Shown piece by piece: positions 9,193-12,850 of a stretch of 12,850 nt of DNA. The notes under the pieces were generated by a model, which did not search any database, was not told the origin of the DNA, and was given only the letters and a program-made list of their open reading frames with translations. Location: positions 1 through 12,850 of the forward strand of contig JBMOFD010000058.1 of assembly GCA_049314435.1 (NCBI GenBank), written 5' to 3'. Origin of the DNA: Chlamydiia bacterium. Its GTDB lineage: Bacteria > Chlamydiota > Chlamydiia > Chlamydiales > JBMOFD01. Every line of letters starts with the position of its first letter. Within the stretch, counting starts at the first letter, position 1. A program made the translations under genes and the position numbers.

Positions 9193-11265
9193 ATGCTATC
9201 TGGGATTCGAGGTGCGGGGACATGGCTGTGTGACAAAGCCGGTCAAGGGGTACGGAATATCGGTGCAGGGTCACTCGCTGTCGGGCGCGCAGCGGTCGAC
9301 TTGATCCAAAAGAGTCTGAATATTCTTCCCACTTGCGTGAGTAAAATCGTTCCAGCAGCTGCGGCCATGGCTGTGGGCATGAGTTTAGGCCCTGAATCGG
9401 CGTTGATGGTTGCAGGGGGACTGCAAATCTTGGCTGATGCCCTTGATGCTGCTTGTTCCGACATTAGAAGAGTCCTTCCGATCGGTGTTGCAGGCGCTTC
9501 GTTGGTGCGCGGTGTTCATCAAACGGCAAAGTCGGCAAGTCACCGGCTTGTTCCCGGGCCACAACTGGTTGTCGTCGACAAGGGCGGGATACCGACCGTA
9601 GATTCATGCGTGCGATCACAAAGAAAGCACCTGGAACGCGAAACATTATATTATGCTCTCGCCATCCTCGGCGTTGCTACAACTGCTCTAGGCGCCGCTA
9701 CATTCGTACTTACGCCTTCAAAGAGGGTGCAGGCCCTAGCCCTGTTGTTGCCATCTCTATTATTCCTGGTCGCATCTCTGGGGATCAAGCGGCTAGATGA
9801 ATGTTGGACCGATTCCGTGATAGTTCGCGTTGAGAGGGGTGTTTCAAAGGGAGATGCTCGGCGAGGCAACCCAGAAGAAGCGTCCCTATGTAGTTCTCGG
9901 GTATGTGCCGATGGACGAGAGTCTTTCGAGTGGAAAAAGCGGTGCATTGAGTTAGCTCAATGCGAAGTGATCATGAGTGGAGTGTATTGCAGCGGCGACG
10001 GCCTGAATGAAGTGCTTGAGCTGCTGGATAGCAAACTGAGCAAAATCGAGAACTTCCGCTGTCTGATGATGGGTCCCTCCAAGCAATGGGGCCTAGAGAA
10101 TGTCATGCCTGCCATCTCCTTGACGAAGATCTACCCCAATCGATTTGTGTGGATCGATACTGACACCTACGATCATCACACCGAAGATGGTGGAGTCAAA
10201 CAAGCGACGAACCACATCAAGGCTCTCGTTGTTGACGGCGGCAAGATGATGGTCCTAGGTGGCACAAATCTCCAGGATCAAGACAGGAAGACAGACGGCC
10301 TCTCTGGAATAGTCGAACAACCGTCCGAAGCGTGCGGTCTGATAGAGGGAATGATTGGCGGACAATTTCGTGACATGGATTGGGTCTTTGGGCGTCCGCT
10401 CAACCAGGACTGCGCTGATGACGCTGGGTATCGCATGCGAGAAACTCTTCTGGACCTGGCGCAGCTGTATCATGGGATCAACCATGTCCTTGGTAACCTC
10501 GGAAGCATCATCCAGGGCTGCGAGGACGCGCACTGCTTGCGTAGAGCTTTTCCCATGCCAGACCCAGCCTGTTTAATCGCATCGAGTGACGATCTCAAGG
10601 GGTTAGATCATCGGGGACGTGTTGAGGTGTTTGCTCAAGGTCCCACCGATAAGGTGTCTTCGTTCTCGCGACGTTTAAGCACAGCAATTGATCAAGCTCA
10701 ACAGTCGATTGTGATTCACCACGCATACTTTAATCCTTCTCAAGAGGTCATGGACGCGCTAGCAAGGGCCATGAAGGAGCGTTCGGTGGAAGTCATCATT
10801 ACATCGAATGGCGATGATGCTGGTCGATCAACTCCTGTGGCGCATGCCTGCTTCGTCCCAGCCAACCGTGCTCGCATTCGAGAACTTGCCCAGCGTCTTT
10901 CAGAGTCGGAACGTTCGCTCCTCAGCGTCTATGAGTTTGGCGGTACGGGTGGTGGCAACGGACCCGTTCAGTCGACTCTCCACAAGAAAGTCTGTGTCAT
11001 CGACTCTCAGTGGGTGGTAGGCGGTTCCAGTAACATGGGATTCAAGTCGATGGAAACCTCTGCCGACTACGAGGTGAACTTTGTGGCCGATTCGACGGAG
11101 CTTGCTCTTGCCACAGAGAGCGTTCTTGAGGTCGATCGTCTGACAGGAACTGAGGCAGATGGACGCTGTCACGCCACACGCTTCGACCCCTGGAGTTCAC
11201 CAGCATGGACGGAGCAGGTCATGGCTAAGGTCTACCTCGGTCTCTTCGCACAATATGGAAATTGA
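9193..11265 (+). CDS. Phospholipase D superfamily protein with two HKD motifs and N-terminal hydrophobic segments (chlamydial PLD-like), 690 aa from ATG 9193 (TTG 9178 is an alternative start)
   Basis: HIKALVVD...GGTN at 10213-10236 onward and HKKVCVID...GSSN at 10981-11004 onward. Also FRDMD and AYFNP, typical of PLD/cardiolipin-synthase-like folds. Bilobed hydrophobic stretch encoded at 9643-9786. Confidence 0.9.
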   Translation: MLSGIRGAGTWLCDKAGQGVRNIGAGSLAVGRAAVDLIQKSLNILPTCVSKIVPAAAAMAVGMSLGPESALMVAGGLQILADALDAACSDIRRVLPIGVAGASLVRGVHQTAKSASHRLVPGPQLVVVDKGGIPTVDSCVRSQRKHLERETLYYALAILGVATTALGAATFVLTPSKRVQALALLLPSLLFLVASLGIKRLDECWTDSVIVRVERGVSKGDARRGNPEEASLCSSRVCADGRESFEWKKRCIELAQCEVIMSGVYCSGDGLNEVLELLDSKLSKIENFRCLMMGPSKQWGLENVMPAISLTKIYPNRFVWIDTDTYDHHTEDGGVKQATNHIKALVVDGGKMMVLGGTNLQDQDRKTDGLSGIVEQPSEACGLIEGMIGGQFRDMDWVFGRPLNQDCADDAGYRMRETLLDLAQLYHGINHVLGNLGSIIQGCEDAHCLRRAFPMPDPACLIASSDDLKGLDHRGRVEVFAQGPTDKVSSFSRRLSTAIDQAQQSIVIHHAYFNPSQEVMDALARAMKERSVEVIITSNGDDAGRSTPVAHACFVPANRARIRELAQRLSESERSLLSVYEFGGTGGGNGPVQSTLHKKVCVIDSQWVVGGSSNMGFKSMETSADYEVNFVADSTELALATESVLEVDRLTGTEADGRCHATRFDPWSSPAWTEQVMAKVYLGLFAQYGN

Positions 11266-11266
11266 G
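11179..11266 (+). repeat. Direct repeat copy 2: 3' end of the intact PLD gene
   Basis: CGCTTCGACCCCTGGAGTTCACCAG...CACAATATGGAAATTGAG matches 7980-8090. Similarity ends 1 nt after the TGA stop. Confidence 0.95.
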
Positions 11267-11355
11267 CTCCAATAGCCTCTGTAGCACCATTTCCTTCCAT
11301 AGAATCCCGAACTAATCCCCGAGGAAATAGACCTATCTCAAGTGTGGGGCCTCTC

Positions 11356-11384
11356 CTGACAGAAATCGCTTTCGGCAGTAAACT
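11356..11384 (+). promoter_or_regulatory. Candidate sigma70/sigma66-type promoter for tRNA-Thr
   Basis: CTGACA (11356-11361), 17-nt spacer, TAAACT (11379-11384), ending 56 nt before the tRNA. Confidence 0.5.
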
Positions 11385-11440
11385 TCCTCAAGTCCTCGGA
11401 CAGAGATGCCTGAGGACGTTCGGTCCCTCAGGGGAACTTG

Positions 11441-11513
11441 GCCCGAATGGCTCAATTGGCAGAGCAGCGCATTCGTAATGCGAAGGTTGTCGGTTCGATT
11501 CCGGCTTCGGGCA
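11441..11513 (+). tRNA. tRNA-Thr, anticodon CGT
   Basis: Full cloverleaf: acceptor GCCCGAA/TTCGGGC, D stem GCTC/GAGC, anticodon arm GCGCA-TTCGTAA-TGCGA (CGT at 11474-11476), T arm GTCGG-TTCGATT-CCGGC, discriminator A at 11513. Followed by TCCA rather than CCA. Confidence 0.97.
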
Positions 11514-11517
11514 TCCA

Positions 11518-11742
11518 TCACAGAGGGGACTGTCTCTCAAATTCTCGAAAGGGTGAGGTCGTGCCGGCCGAAAACCCCTGGGTCAGACCACCTTGAGCTT
11601 CTGCGATATCCCTCAAGGCTAATAGGCAGACATGAGGGTCATCGTCCTGCAGCGCTGCATTGAGATAGGCTGCAGACTCAGCAGGGTCCTGAAGTTGGTC
11701 TAATAGGTAATGTTTATATTTCCTTGTAGTTACTTTGGCCAT
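11518..11742 (-). pseudogene. Truncated HI1420-like addiction-module antidote (antitoxin), 74 aa, missing its C-terminal HTH
   Basis: ATG 11742 preceded by GAGGGG. MAKVTTRKYKHYLLDQLQDPAESAAYLNAALQDDDPHVCLLALRDIAEAQGGLTQ matches the family N-terminal half. The expected xAxxxGLxRxxLYxxLSxxGNP segment is replaced by unrelated sequence from about 11577 down to 11518. Confidence 0.75.
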
Positions 11743-11949
11743 CTTCCCCTCTAGTTTGGACTCCTGGTACCATCGCCAATGTTGGTTCTGAGCGGACCGT
11801 CTGAACAAGGCTTCTCCATGCCGTCAAAGAAGATATCACAGCTTGCTTGCTCTGCACTTGCGTGGATGGCGGTTGCGATTATTTCGTTTATCTGACACTC
11901 TAAGTCTTGAAGGCGGCAGGCAGCCTCTGTTTCAAGGAGCGTGACAGCT

Positions 11950-12417
11950 ATGTCGAGTCCTCTGTATCAACCACAGGAACCTGTTGTCCCAGATCGGCAC
12001 GACATAGAGCTTGCGGCACAGAGCAGCAAGAAGCTTGTTCCTCTTTTTTCCGAGAACCCACAAGAACGTCAAGTCACCATTAGGGTCGGAGATGATGAAG
12101 CTACCATTCAGCTTCCATCTTCGGCTGTACGGTTGTTGTTGCAGATTCTGAATCAGATGGCGGTGGGTAATGCGGTAACCCTCCTCCCATTCCATGCCAA
12201 CCTGACGACTCAACAAGCGGCGGATCTGCTCAACGTCTCACGCCCCTTCTTGATTAAGATCCTGGAGAAGGGAGAGATCCCTTTTACCAAGGTGGGCAGC
12301 CATCGGCGCGTGAGAGCGGAAGATTTGCTCAGATATCGGGCACACTTGGAGCAGCTCAAGTCCAAGGCTTTGGATGAGCTGGTTGAAGAGGCCCAAGACT
12401 TAGATATGGGTTACTAG
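11950..12417 (+). CDS. Excisionase-family (HTH_17, MerR-like) DNA-binding protein, putative antitoxin of the adjacent PIN protein, 155 aa
   Basis: AAGGAG at 11934-11939 favours ATG 11950 over GTG 11941. Motif LTTQQAADLLNVSRPFLIKILEKGEIPFTKVGSHRRVRAEDLLRY and C-terminal ALDELVEEAQDLDMGY are typical of HTH proteins encoded upstream of PIN genes. Confidence 0.9.
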   Translation: MSSPLYQPQEPVVPDRHDIELAAQSSKKLVPLFSENPQERQVTIRVGDDEATIQLPSSAVRLLLQILNQMAVGNAVTLLPFHANLTTQQAADLLNVSRPFLIKILEKGEIPFTKVGSHRRVRAEDLLRYRAHLEQLKSKALDELVEEAQDLDMGY

Positions 12418-12420
12418 GAC

Positions 12421-12453
12421 GAGCGATTCGACTCCATTCCTGACGAATCGCTT
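12421..12453 (+). promoter_or_regulatory. Stem-loop between the HTH gene and the PIN gene
   Basis: AGCGATTCG (12422-12430) is the perfect reverse complement of CGAATCGCT (12444-12452), with a closing G-U pair and a 13-nt loop. Confidence 0.5.
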
Positions 12454-12742
12454 TACTGCACTCATCGACGCTAATGTTCTCTACTCTGCGCCGGTTCGAG
12501 ATCTCATCCTCGAGCTGGCTTCAGCAGGGATGTTCCGCGGGAAATGGACAGAAGAGATTCATGGTGAATGGATGGGTAAGCTCATGAAGAATCGACCTGA
12601 GCTCAGTCGGGATCGGCTGCAGCGCACCCGAGAGCGTATCGATGCAGCAGTGCCTGATTGCCTTGTGACCGAATATGAGGATTTGATACCTGCCGCTCCA
12701 AAAAACCTAGGTAAATCTATGCATTGCCAAGACAATACTTGA
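12440..12742 (+). pseudogene. Truncated PIN-domain (VapC-type) ribonuclease toxin, about 100 codons
   Basis: The frame of ORF 12530-12742 extends upstream as LTNRFTALIDANVLYSAPVRDLILELASAG, with the PIN beta1 DxN motif, then KWTEEIHGEW. Family resemblance ends near YEDLIPA (about 12694), before the DPDDRHVLAAA and VTxNxxDF acidic motifs. No in-frame ATG/GTG/TTG precedes the DAN motif; CTG 12440 sits at the expected start. Confidence 0.8.
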
Positions 12743-12850
12743 TTTCTAGGACGTTCGCCGAGCAGTTTTGCGAACGGATTCACGTGCCGGAGTTCCGCCG
12801 ACATCTTCTGTTTCCGTAGTAGAGGAATCACAAGCGCCAGGAGGACGCGA

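Larger units (their letters stand above)
11514..12850. mobile_element. Probable degraded island or accessory-DNA accretion zone at the 3' end of tRNA-Thr(CGT); right boundary not visible
   Basis: Toxin-antitoxin-type genes, two of them truncated, start immediately after the tRNA. No integrase, transposase or att duplication is seen in the window, so this is inferred from content and position. Confidence 0.4.

Noticed and set aside
7980..11266. Repeat pair as the template and variable repeats of a diversity-generating retroelement
   Set aside because: The six mismatches (T/C, C/G, G/A, C/T, T/C, C/T) are not confined to adenines of either copy on either strand, and no reverse transcriptase is in the window.
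11743..11870. Possible remnant of the toxin gene upstream of the HI1420-like antitoxin
   Set aside because: No LLxGGDKxxQxxDI-type motif was found on the minus strand. WYQESKLE is only vaguely similar to toxin C-termini.
12425..12438. TTCGACTCC resembling a tRNA T-loop, considered as an att-site copy of the tRNA-Thr 3' end
   Set aside because: Only about 9 nt resemble the tRNA (TTCGATTCC, one mismatch), the flanks do not match, and the hairpin arm explains part of it.
194..12831. Remaining antisense and off-frame ORFs in the track (e.g. 4879-5439, 5255-5692, 2974-3372, 11333-11521, 11406-11663, 12559-12831)
   Set aside because: They overlap well-supported genes or the tRNA, show no recognisable motifs, and are expected shadow ORFs in GC-rich DNA.

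Overview
This looks like a chromosome segment from an environmental member of the Chlamydiae with unusually high GC (about 55-60% by spot counts). The placement rests on a recognisable homologue of the Chlamydiae-specific protein CT053 and on recalled chlamydial gene order. Left two thirds, core genes: RsmI-like methyltransferase, radical SAM heme chaperone HemW, CT053-like acidic protein, and a sucA-sucB-lpdA 2-oxoglutarate dehydrogenase operon. Next is an accessory block: a GNAT acetyltransferase and a two-HKD phospholipase D with an Inc-like bilobed hydrophobic N-terminal segment. This block is bracketed by an 88-bp direct repeat (82/88 identical) made of the PLD gene's own last 28 codons. 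The upstream orphan copy carries a perfect 23-bp tandem duplication that creates a small SD-preceded ORF. Right end: tRNA-Thr(CGT) followed by decayed toxin-antitoxin genes (truncated HI1420-like antitoxin, intact excisionase-type HTH protein, truncated PIN toxin), probably the edge of a tRNA-anchored island remnant. All family calls come from motif recognition and memory; no searches were run.
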